The notes below the pieces were generated by a model. That model was not told the DNA's origin. It saw only the letters and a list, made by a program, of their open reading frames with translations, and ran no database searches. Shown piece after piece: positions 19,264 to 29,423 of a stretch of 64,000 nucleotides of DNA (positions within the stretch are counted from its first letter, which is position 1; each line of letters opens with the position of its first letter). The position numbers and the translations under genes are program-made. This DNA is from an uncultured bacterium (GTDB lineage Bacteria > Omnitrophota > Omnitrophia > Omnitrophales > Aquincolibacteriaceae), in assembly GCA_964385615.1 (NCBI GenBank), contig CAYLPP010000010.1, positions 21,565 to 85,564 on the forward strand. The letters run 5' to 3'.

Positions 19264-20095
19264 TTGGAAAAACTTTCGATTTTTCACGGGCCGGAAACGG
19301 CTGGGTGAGCGCGTCAAACCAAGGGGTTAAAACATTCACGCTCAGAATAGCCAACGCGCAAGCCAAAAAAAGCGGCAGTCCATTCCCATATAAAACTACC
19401 GTTAAAAACCCGGCTGTTAGAGAAAATACGCAATGCCCGTAAAGACTCAGCGGAGTCGTTTCGGCATCTGTAATAATAAAAAACCCCGTGATTATCCAAA
19501 CGCTTATATCGCGCGGAGAAATTGGGATTCCAAACCAAAAAATGCCGGTAAATACTGCCGCTAGATAAATAAAAGGAATCTGCGGGCGGAATACTTTGCG
19601 CGCGGCCAACCAAAAAACCCCAGGGATCAGCAGGGCCGGAACCATCCAGGCAATGATTGACGTTGGTAATTCTTGATTCGAAAAAACATTCTGCCCTTGC
19701 AGAAGAATCGCCAGAAAAAGAAAAGCCGCGGGAACGGGATGCGCAAAACAGGCTCCCTGACCGCCTAAAAAAGTTCTCGCGAACAAAAGAGAGAAAAAAA
19801 GCCCCGCGGCGGCGGCTGGAAGGGCGGTGCTTGCCGGAATAAGAGCTGTGTAAAGCAGCGCGTATAAAACCAGACTTCCTTTTTTAAATTCTTCCGATTT
19901 TTTCAGCACTAGTCCGGAAAAAAATTCATGCCCGGCACAAGCCAGCAAAGATACCGCCATGATAAACAACCTGGAAGGTTCCGCGAAAAATGAAAGGCCT
20001 ACAGAAGGCAAAAGAACCGCGGCAGCTGCCCAGTTCAGACTCTGAACCGTCTGAGAAGACCGGATATGGGGATGCGTGCCGGAACTGTAGCTCAT
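19256..20095 (-). CDS. RnfD/NqrB-like membrane subunit lacking the flavin-bearing loop
   Basis: The C-terminal FFIITDAETTPL matches the RnfD FFMLTDPVTSP motif, and GQGACFAHP aligns to the GQNPFNPAM region. The protein is 279 aa versus about 350 aa for RsxD. The roughly 60-aa loop carrying the S/TGAT FMN-attachment site is absent. Confidence 0.6.
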   Translation of the reverse strand: MSYSSGTHPHIRSSQTVQSLNWAAAAVLLPSVGLSFFAEPSRLFIMAVSLLACAGHEFFSGLVLKKSEEFKKGSLVLYALLYTALIPASTALPAAAAGLFFSLLFARTFLGGQGACFAHPVPAAFLFLAILLQGQNVFSNQELPTSIIAWMVPALLIPGVFWLAARKVFRPQIPFIYLAAVFTGIFWFGIPISPRDISVWIITGFFIITDAETTPLSLYGHCVFSLTAGFLTVVLYGNGLPLFLACALAILSVNVLTPWFDALTQPFPAREKSKVFPNV

Positions 20096-20104
20096 AAACG
20101 CCCG

Positions 20105-21397
20105 CTATTTTTTAGCAGGCTGCGCGGTTTTCTGAAGTTCTTCGTCAATCACTCTTTGAAAACTCGCGAAAGGCTGAGCCCCCTTCATAATCCGGCCGTT
20201 CACAAAAACCGCCGGCGTTCCTGTGACTCCGGATTCAATCCCTTTCTGAATATCTTTCTGCACAATATCCTTGGGCTCTTGAGAATCCAAACATTTCTTA
20301 AAATCTTTCATTTTTAAACCTGTTTGCTCAGCCAGCGAAATAAGCAAAGCGTCATCTTTGGTAACATTGAGATTTTGAAAGAGCTTCTGATGGTACGGCC
20401 AGAATTTCCCTTGTTGATTCGCGCATTCCGAAGCTTGATGGGTGCGGTCCGAACCCGCGTGCATCTGCAGCGGAAAATGCCGCCAGACTTTCCGGACTTT
20501 CCCCTGATATTGAGTCATCACTTGCTGAATCGTAGGTTCAAGGCGCTGGCAAAACGGGCAATGAAAATCGCTGAATTCCACAAGAAGAACCGGGGCTTTT
20601 TCAGGACCTTCGGAAGGCCGTCCCGCGAGGTCATTGAATTCGACAATTTTAGGCGGTTCGGGCGGAGCTACGGGAGCGGCCGCGGAAGGCGCTGCGGCCG
20701 GGGGCTGTTTTCCCGGATTTAGAATTGCTTCAATTTTATTTACAAAAGCCTGATAAGAAAGTGCTCCGGACGATTTTTGACCGTTGATGAAAAAAGTCGG
20801 AGTCCCGTCTACCTGAAGGTCTCTGGCTTCTTTTAAATCAGCGTCGATAGCCTTTTTAGGCCGGCCGCTGGCAAGACAGCTTTCAAACGCCGCGGAATTT
20901 AAGCCGATCTGAGCGGCGATTTGCCGAATAACCGCAGCATCCGGCCGGTCGGCGCGGGCGTATACCGCATCATGAAAAGGCCAGAACTTTCCCTGCTCGT
21001 GCGCGCAAACCCCGGCCTGATGAACCAGATAAGAACCCTGCCCGGGAGTTTCAGAAAGCGGAAGGTTTTTATAAATAATGTGAACTTGATTCGGATAATT
21101 ATTAAAAACCTGGAGCAGTGTAGGGGCCGCTTTTTTACAATATGGACAGAAGAAATCCGAGAAATCAACAATCGTCACGGGCGCGTTGGCTGGACCCCGG
21201 TCAGGCGAAGGTGTCTGGACCGGCTTTTTAACCTGAGCCGCAAGCTGAAGAGTCCCGGTAGCTGGAATCAATGGATTGGCCGTGGGGGCAGGCACGGGAG
21301 CTGAAGCTGTTTTATGATAAGTCACAAAAGCAACGACAGTCGCAAGGGTCAAAGCAGTACCGCAGACAAATCCGGAAAGAAAAGGATTGGGTTTCAT
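20105..21397 (-). CDS. Membrane-anchored tandem DsbA-like thiol:disulfide oxidoreductase (two thioredoxin-fold domains)
   Basis: N-terminal TM anchor followed by two DsbA-family domains. Each has a CxxC active site (FSDFFCPYCKK and FSDFHCPFCQR) and the VCAHEQGKFWPFHD / CANQQGKFWPYHQ helical-insert signature. The two are separated by a Pro/Ala-rich linker. Confidence 0.75.
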   Translation of the reverse strand: MKPNPFLSGFVCGTALTLATVVAFVTYHKTASAPVPAPTANPLIPATGTLQLAAQVKKPVQTPSPDRGPANAPVTIVDFSDFFCPYCKKAAPTLLQVFNNYPNQVHIIYKNLPLSETPGQGSYLVHQAGVCAHEQGKFWPFHDAVYARADRPDAAVIRQIAAQIGLNSAAFESCLASGRPKKAIDADLKEARDLQVDGTPTFFINGQKSSGALSYQAFVNKIEAILNPGKQPPAAAPSAAAPVAPPEPPKIVEFNDLAGRPSEGPEKAPVLLVEFSDFHCPFCQRLEPTIQQVMTQYQGKVRKVWRHFPLQMHAGSDRTHQASECANQQGKFWPYHQKLFQNLNVTKDDALLISLAEQTGLKMKDFKKCLDSQEPKDIVQKDIQKGIESGVTGTPAVFVNGRIMKGAQPFASFQRVIDEELQKTAQPAKK

Positions 21398-21403
21398 AGA
21401 TTC

Positions 21404-22648
21404 CTATTTTGAGTTCGCGTAACGGATTAACTCGGTCATGGGCCGTTTGGACGGACACACGTAGGAGCAATTTCCGCATTCCACGCAATATTCTGAACCA
21501 TACTGCCGCGCCAGATTAACTCTGTCATTTTCGGCAGCAAGACTGATCATAGCCGGAGAAATTCCGGCCGGACAAACATCCAGACATCGCCCGCATCGAA
21601 TACAAGGTTCCGGGACTTCCGGCCTGGAGGCCTCAATCGGCAGAGCCAGAATCCCCTGGGTTCCAGGCACAACAACAGCATCCAGACTCTTTTGAGTCTT
21701 TCCGCTCATGGGACCGCCCATGATTAATTTTCGGGGTTCACGCATAAAACCTTTACAAGTTTTAACGACGCTTGAAAAATCCTGCCCCATCCGGGCCCAG
21801 ACATTTTTAGGCTCCATCACGCATTCCCCGGAAACAGTCACAACCCGCTCAAGAAAAGGCTTATGGAAAACCGCGGCTTCATACACCGCGAAAACCGCGG
21901 ATGGATCAAAAATACAGGCGGAATCCAACCCGGCCCGGCGAGAAAGAATATTTTCAGTGTCCGGGTAACCGCATGGAATCATCCGCACATCAGCGTGTTC
22001 CCATTTCAAAAAATAGATTTTACTTTTCAAAAGTTCCGCGGCTTCACGTTTATCCTCTTCGGTCACGATCAGAATATTTTCAGCACCGCACGCGCGCCTG
22101 AGAATTTCAGCGCCTTTCAAAATTTCCAGAGGATGCGACATGATCAAAGAGTAATTCGAGGAAAGATACGGCTCCGACTCACAAGCATTCACAACGAGCG
22201 TCTTAGCCGGGGCTTTGATTTTAAGATGCGCGGGCGTCATTTTCAGATCCGTATCCATCAGGCCCATTTCCCTGAAAAATTCCGGCCACCGGTCCGCCGG
22301 CATTTTTTCCCAGTCCTGCTCTTTTCCGAATCCCGGTATTTTTTCATCCTGGCCGTCAGAAAGAATTTCAATGGCCTGCGATCTTCCAAAAACCGGGTGC
22401 TCTATTTTAAGAATTTTCGAGACTTTTCCAGAGACGGACGCGTGAAGCGCGACATTGGAAATATGCCCCGGCTCGGCGATTTTTTGCCCCATAAGAACAG
22501 CATCCCCCGCTTTCACGCAGGGATGGGCTTCAAAACCGGTGGATTGCAGAAGGGGAACGCAAATTTTAGCGGGAGAGGAAGAAGGGCGGTGAATCGTCCA
22601 GATCAGGAAAAAAATTTCTTTTTTGTTTTCGAGCTTTAAAAGTTTCAT
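21404..22648 (-). CDS. RnfC-like subunit with two [4Fe-4S] ferredoxin motifs but no GGAGFP flavin/NADH motif
   Basis: Aligns to E. coli RsxC in the barrel-sandwich region (CVKAGDAVLMGQ), the ...LVVNACESEPY... region, VTVSGE...NVWARMG and IMGGPMSG. It has two CxxCxxCxxxCP motifs (CIRCGRCLDVCPA and CVECGNCSYVCPS). The position of GLGGAGFPTGVKL reads GLMDTDLKMTPAHLKIK. Confidence 0.6.
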   Translation of the reverse strand: MKLLKLENKKEIFFLIWTIHRPSSSPAKICVPLLQSTGFEAHPCVKAGDAVLMGQKIAEPGHISNVALHASVSGKVSKILKIEHPVFGRSQAIEILSDGQDEKIPGFGKEQDWEKMPADRWPEFFREMGLMDTDLKMTPAHLKIKAPAKTLVVNACESEPYLSSNYSLIMSHPLEILKGAEILRRACGAENILIVTEEDKREAAELLKSKIYFLKWEHADVRMIPCGYPDTENILSRRAGLDSACIFDPSAVFAVYEAAVFHKPFLERVVTVSGECVMEPKNVWARMGQDFSSVVKTCKGFMREPRKLIMGGPMSGKTQKSLDAVVVPGTQGILALPIEASRPEVPEPCIRCGRCLDVCPAGISPAMISLAAENDRVNLARQYGSEYCVECGNCSYVCPSKRPMTELIRYANSK

Positions 22649-22666
22649 GCCTGCCGCCGAGGGAAA

Positions 22667-23740
22667 TCAGGACACGAGATCAATCCAACCGCCGCCCAAA
22701 ACCCTGTTACCGTCATAGAGAACCGCGCCCTGCCCCGGAGTAATGGCATCCTGCGGCTCTTCAAATTCAATGGCAATACTCTGATCATTTAAAACCCTGA
22801 TTTCCGCGGGAGCCTTGGTGTGCTGTGAGCGGATTTTAACATGCGCCTTAAAAAGATTTTCACCTGGTTTCACAAACCAATTCATACGGCCCACATTGCA
22901 CCGCAAGCCGTACACTTCTTCTTTTGTGCCGACAACCACTTCATTTGTTTCAGGCAATGTTTCAAGCACGTAAAGGCGTTCTGAATTTCCTCCGCCCAAG
23001 CCGCGCCGCTGGCCGCGGGTGTAATTAAAAAATCCTTCGTGTTCGCCAAGAACCTGGCCCGCGCGGGTACGGATAATTCCTTTACGGGGAGCCGCTTCCT
23101 TATATTCGCGTTTCAGAAACTGACCGTAATCATTGCTCGGAATAAAGCAGATTTCCTGAGAATCCGGCTTTCCGGCAACTTTCAGCCCCATTTCAGCCGC
23201 CTGAGCCCGAATCTCCGCCTTGGTGAAACCTCCAATAGGAAGGTAAAGCCGGTTCAGCACTTCCGGGTCTAAAGGAAACAGAACATACGACTGATCTTTT
23301 GAAGCATCGGCACCTTCTGATAAAACCGAACGGCCGGTTTCGTCACGTTCAAGTTTCGCGTAATGTCCGGTGGCAATCGCGTCAAAACCCAATTCCTGGG
23401 CGCGCTTTAAAAATAGACGAAATTTGATGTGCTCATTACAAGCGACGCAAGGATTGGGTGTACGGCCCTTGAGGTATTCGGAAGCAAAATAATCAACAAC
23501 GTGTTTTTTGAAATCTTTTTCAAAATTAAAAACCCAGTAGCGGATTCCCAGTGATTCAGCGACATCACGCGCGTCTTCAACGCCGGAAAGACCGCAGCAG
23601 GCCCGGGTATTCAGATCCGCGCATTCATTGGAAGCCCACGTGCGGATCGTGGCCCCCGCGACCTCATGGCCCTGCTTCTGTAAAAGAGCCGCGGCCACGG
23701 AACTGTCCACTCCGCCGCTCATGGCGACAAGTATTTTCAT
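22667..23740 (-). CDS. mnmA: tRNA-specific 2-thiouridylase
   Basis: MKILVAMSGGVDSSVAAALL PP-loop, 357 aa, and a MnmA-type C-terminal domain. Confidence 0.88.
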   Translation of the reverse strand: MKILVAMSGGVDSSVAAALLQKQGHEVAGATIRTWASNECADLNTRACCGLSGVEDARDVAESLGIRYWVFNFEKDFKKHVVDYFASEYLKGRTPNPCVACNEHIKFRLFLKRAQELGFDAIATGHYAKLERDETGRSVLSEGADASKDQSYVLFPLDPEVLNRLYLPIGGFTKAEIRAQAAEMGLKVAGKPDSQEICFIPSNDYGQFLKREYKEAAPRKGIIRTRAGQVLGEHEGFFNYTRGQRRGLGGGNSERLYVLETLPETNEVVVGTKEEVYGLRCNVGRMNWFVKPGENLFKAHVKIRSQHTKAPAEIRVLNDQSIAIEFEEPQDAITPGQGAVLYDGNRVLGGGWIDLVS

Positions 23741-23742
23741 AG

Positions 23743-25868
<2,126 letters not shown>

Positions 25869-26265
25869 ATCGGTTTAACCATAAACGCTGGCGCCGGATT
25901 CTCAGTTCAGGCTCTACCCGAAACCGTACATCCGGAAGCCGGCCCTCTTCAAATAAAACAGCCTGCACTTCTCTCGTTTCTGACGCTCTGAGCACAAGGG
26001 TGATGTCTTTTCTCAAAACCCGAATAGGCAAATCTCCCTTAGGGGCTGTTTCATCATAAAAAACAGCCTGCGCCCGAAGTACCACCTCGCGGGGTTCTTC
26101 AGTAGCATTCACAACTTTTCCGGTCACTTTATATTGAAACGGCTGGGTCTGCTGAAGGCTGACATTATCAACGGAGACTTCACCGAAGGCTTTGAGCGTT
26201 GAAACAAAACCCGCGAATAAAAGAACAGTGATTCCTAAAATTTTTATTTTTTCTAATTTCATATT

Positions 26266-26991
26266 TTAAAAACTTAGAACCGCATGGCTGTCTTGCCCGG
26301 AAATGACGCAGCGGATTTTTCCGCGCCCGTCACGCCTGGCTTCGGCTAGCCCAGCCAAAGCCCGTTCGATCAACTGTTCCCGGCTTTCGCCCGCGTGATA
26401 GGCGGTAAGCCCGGCGCTGAAACTGCAATCGAGCCTTTCCTGCGCCTGAGCTAACAACCGTTGAATAAATTTTTCCGAACGGACCAAGTCCGTGTGCGGA
26501 AGTAAAATATAAAACTCATCGCCTTCCCGCCGGGCCAGCAAATCCGTAATCCGGACACTGGCGCGTAAAAACCCGGCGAACCTCTGAAGCGTTTCCGGCC
26601 CGCGGTTTTTGAGATCTAAGAGGCAAAGCGTGGCGGGATAATGATACCGCCCTGCGCGGCGCATTTCTGTTTCCAGCAGCTTTTCAAAATGAAGCCGGTT
26701 AAAAAGCCCTGTCTGAAGATCGTGATTCACCGCACGGTCAAACCCCATCCAGAAAAACCGGGCAGAAAAAATCATAACCCAGAAAATCAGGTTAACGGCC
26801 TGAAGCCCCATCAGCAAAGGTTCTTTGAGGCATTCCTGAATAACGGAGTCAAGCGACCGGGTTCCAAAACCCAGCCAGAGCATAAACGCGAGCTGGCTTA
26901 AAAGCGCGGCAATAAGAAAAAAACTTTCGGCCTGGATCAGCTGAATGCGTCTTTCGAAAAGAGTCGGAACTTCTTTATCGCGGATGCGCAT
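26266..26991 (-). CDS. Membrane-anchored GGDEF-domain protein with a variant EGDEF signature
   Basis: Two to three N-terminal TM helices, then DLQTGLFNR...LLDLKNRG...RREGDEFYILL. This is a GGDEF-type domain with an E-G-D-E-F active-site motif. Confidence 0.7.
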   Translation of the reverse strand: MRIRDKEVPTLFERRIQLIQAESFFLIAALLSQLAFMLWLGFGTRSLDSVIQECLKEPLLMGLQAVNLIFWVMIFSARFFWMGFDRAVNHDLQTGLFNRLHFEKLLETEMRRAGRYHYPATLCLLDLKNRGPETLQRFAGFLRASVRITDLLARREGDEFYILLPHTDLVRSEKFIQRLLAQAQERLDCSFSAGLTAYHAGESREQLIERALAGLAEARRDGRGKIRCVISGQDSHAVLSF

Positions 26992-27048
26992 GGGAGCCTC
27001 CGGGTTTCCTGTATTATGGCACAGGCTTGAGCCCGGGTCAGCCAGGAT

Positions 27049-28215
27049 TTACTGAAGCGCTTCTTTTAAAGCTTCAAGCAAGAACCGGATATCCCCTTCA
27101 TTGTGAGCCGCGGAAGCCGTAACTCGAAGCCTGGCCTTACCTTTCGGCACCGTCGGATACCTGACCGCGGGCACCAGAACCCCCCGGCTGAGCAGCTTTT
27201 CAGATACCGCTAAAGCTTTTTCTTCCGTTCCCAAAATGACCGGAAGAATCGGGGAAGCATTTCCTTCAGGAATTTCGATCCCCAGACTTTGAAAACCTTT
27301 TTTCAGCCTTTCCGCGTTAGCCCAAAGTTTTAAACGGAGAGCGGGTTCTTCTTTCATAACATCAAAGGCTTCGTGGGCGGCACGGCACACCGCGGGAGGA
27401 AGCGCCGTGGCAAAAATAAACGGCCTGGAAAAATTAATCAGATACTCGACCGTTTGAATGGAGGCCGCCGCAAAACCGCCGATCAAACCCGCCGCTTTCG
27501 ACAAAGTTCCGGTAATGACGTCCACTTTCGCGCAAAGATTTTGATCAATAGCCGGGTTTCCCTGCGGATCGGGAAAAACACCCGTTACATGCGCGTCATC
27601 CAGGACAAGCAAGGTATTGTATTTTTCTTTCAGCCGGACAAGCTCGGAAATATCGGCAAGATCACCATCCATACTGAAAACGGTATCAGAGACCAGAATT
27701 TTCTTTGCGTGCTCTGAAATTTTCAGAATTTCCTCCGCCCGCTCATAATTTTTGTGAGGAAACACGCGGATTTCCGCGCCGGATAAACGGGCACCGTCAA
27801 CCAGTGACGCGTGGCAGAGTTTGTCCATCAGGATCAAATCTCCTTCGCCGGCCAGCGCGCTTAAAACTCCAAGATTCGCGAGATAGCCCGCGCTGAACAA
27901 TAGCGCGTTTTCTTTGTGCTTATAACCGGCAATCTTTTTTTCAAGCCTGACGTGATCCTCTGAGTGACCCGAGATCAGCTGAGCGGCTCCGGAACCCGCG
28001 CCGGTCTCCTGAATCGCTTGGCCAAAAGCCTGAGTAACGCGCGGATGATGCGTCAATCCCAGGTAGTCATTCCCGCAGAAAAGAAGGATTTCACGGCCTT
28101 CGTGAAGGGCTCTGACGGCGCTGACAGGCTGAAGCCCGCGCAGTTTCCGGTAGAGGTTTTTTTCACGGACTTCACGGAGTTCTTCTTCAATAAAATTTGT
28201 CATTTTTGAGTTCAA
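27049..28215 (-). CDS. bioF: 8-amino-7-oxononanoate synthase (alpha-oxoamine synthase family)
   Basis: Aligns along its length with E. coli BioF, for example DTVFSMDGDLADISELV versus EGVFSMDGDSAPLAEIQ, and VRYPTVPKGKARLRVTASAAH versus [21 protein letters not shown]. 388 aa. Confidence 0.75.
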   Translation of the reverse strand: MNSKMTNFIEEELREVREKNLYRKLRGLQPVSAVRALHEGREILLFCGNDYLGLTHHPRVTQAFGQAIQETGAGSGAAQLISGHSEDHVRLEKKIAGYKHKENALLFSAGYLANLGVLSALAGEGDLILMDKLCHASLVDGARLSGAEIRVFPHKNYERAEEILKISEHAKKILVSDTVFSMDGDLADISELVRLKEKYNTLLVLDDAHVTGVFPDPQGNPAIDQNLCAKVDVITGTLSKAAGLIGGFAAASIQTVEYLINFSRPFIFATALPPAVCRAAHEAFDVMKEEPALRLKLWANAERLKKGFQSLGIEIPEGNASPILPVILGTEEKALAVSEKLLSRGVLVPAVRYPTVPKGKARLRVTASAAHNEGDIRFLLEALKEALQ

Positions 28216-29423
28216 ACCTTTCGAAGAAGAATCGCGGCTGCATGACCGCCGAATCCCAACGAGTAGGATAACGCTGTTTGAATTTTCGCGGGCCGGGCTT
28301 TTAGCGGTGTGTAATCCAGGTCACATTCCGGATCAGGTTTTTCCAGATTGGCCGTAGGCGGAACAAAACCGTATTCCATCGCTAAAAAAGCCGCGATCAC
28401 TTCAACGGCACCCGAAGCCCCGAGCATATGGCCGGTAATCGATTTAGTGGAAGTCATGGGAATTTTAAAAACTCCGCTGCCGAAGAATTTTTTAAGCTGG
28501 CAGGTTTCGTATACATCCCCAAGCTTGGTCGCGGTACCATGAAGATTAATATGCTGAATTTCAGACCGGCTGACCCCGGTTAATTCAAGCGCTTGTTCTA
28601 ACGTCCGTTGTAAGGTATCCCCGTCAGGATCAAATTGGACAGGATCATACGCGTCCATACCATAAGCTCCTCCGAGAATTTCTCCGTAGATTTTAGCGCC
28701 TCGAGCTTTAGCGCTTTCCAAAGTTTCCAAAAAAATCACCCCGCCCCCCTCACCGACCCCGAATCCATCCCGGCGCAAATCAAAAGGACGCATGGGACCG
28801 CGCGTAAGGGCTTTCATATTATGGTAAGCAGCCATCATGAGCGGTGTTACTGAAGCGTCGCTGGAACCCGCAAGGCAGTAATCCGTGTAGCCATCTGCGA
28901 CCATACGGGCACCCTCAAGAATCGAAGCCGTTCCCGTGGCGCAAGCCAGAACATAGCATTTAGCGGGACCTTGAAGTTTCCATTTCCGCGCGATCCATTG
29001 AGCGCCAAAATTCGGAACAGAATTACAGTAAATGCGCGCGCCCAGAATCGCACTTGGATTTTTTTTAAACCGCTCTGAGAAACGGTCAAGCGTGTGAACA
29101 CCGCCCTTGCTTGAACTAACCGCCATTCCAACACGATAAGGGTCTACTTGAGACGGATCAAACTTCGCGTCCCGCAAAGCTTCATCCGCGGCCGCAACCG
29201 CGTATTGAATGAATGGATCCAAAAGATGGGTGCCGTGCACATGGGGAACAAAATTTTTAACTTCGTAGGCGTATTTAGCGGGAAAATCTGGAATATCAAA
29301 AGAACGGATGGGACCTCCGCCATGATTACCCGCGCGAAGATTGCTCAGGAATTCAGGAAGACTGCTGCCCGCCGGACTGACCACGCCCATTCCGGTGGCA
29401 ACCACACGGCGCTTAAAACTCAT
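28212..29423 (-). CDS. Beta-ketoacyl-ACP synthase I/II-like (FabF/FabB family)
   Basis: 403 aa with a KAS I/II-type thiolase fold: active-site Cys region (ACATGT), HGTATKLGD and [14 protein letters not shown]. Overlaps bioF by 4 nt. Confidence 0.75.
   Translation of the reverse strand: MSFKRRVVATGMGVVSPAGSSLPEFLSNLRAGNHGGGPIRSFDIPDFPAKYAYEVKNFVPHVHGTHLLDPFIQYAVAAADEALRDAKFDPSQVDPYRVGMAVSSSKGGVHTLDRFSERFKKNPSAILGARIYCNSVPNFGAQWIARKWKLQGPAKCYVLACATGTASILEGARMVADGYTDYCLAGSSDASVTPLMMAAYHNMKALTRGPMRPFDLRRDGFGVGEGGGVIFLETLESAKARGAKIYGEILGGAYGMDAYDPVQFDPDGDTLQRTLEQALELTGVSRSEIQHINLHGTATKLGDVYETCQLKKFFGSGVFKIPMTSTKSITGHMLGASGAVEVIAAFLAMEYGFVPPTANLEKPDPECDLDYTPLKARPAKIQTALSYSLGFGGHAAAILLRKV

Noticed and set aside
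21863-22639. 258-aa plus-strand ORF, and similar long antisense ORFs at 43276-44625, 11997-12650, 13147-13596 and 6054-6638
   Set aside because: All lie entirely inside well-supported minus-strand genes (the RnfC-like gene, the GH94 gene, rho, coaE, rnhB). Their products are Arg/Gly/Phe-rich low-complexity translations typical of GC-biased shadow frames. None has start-site or motif support.
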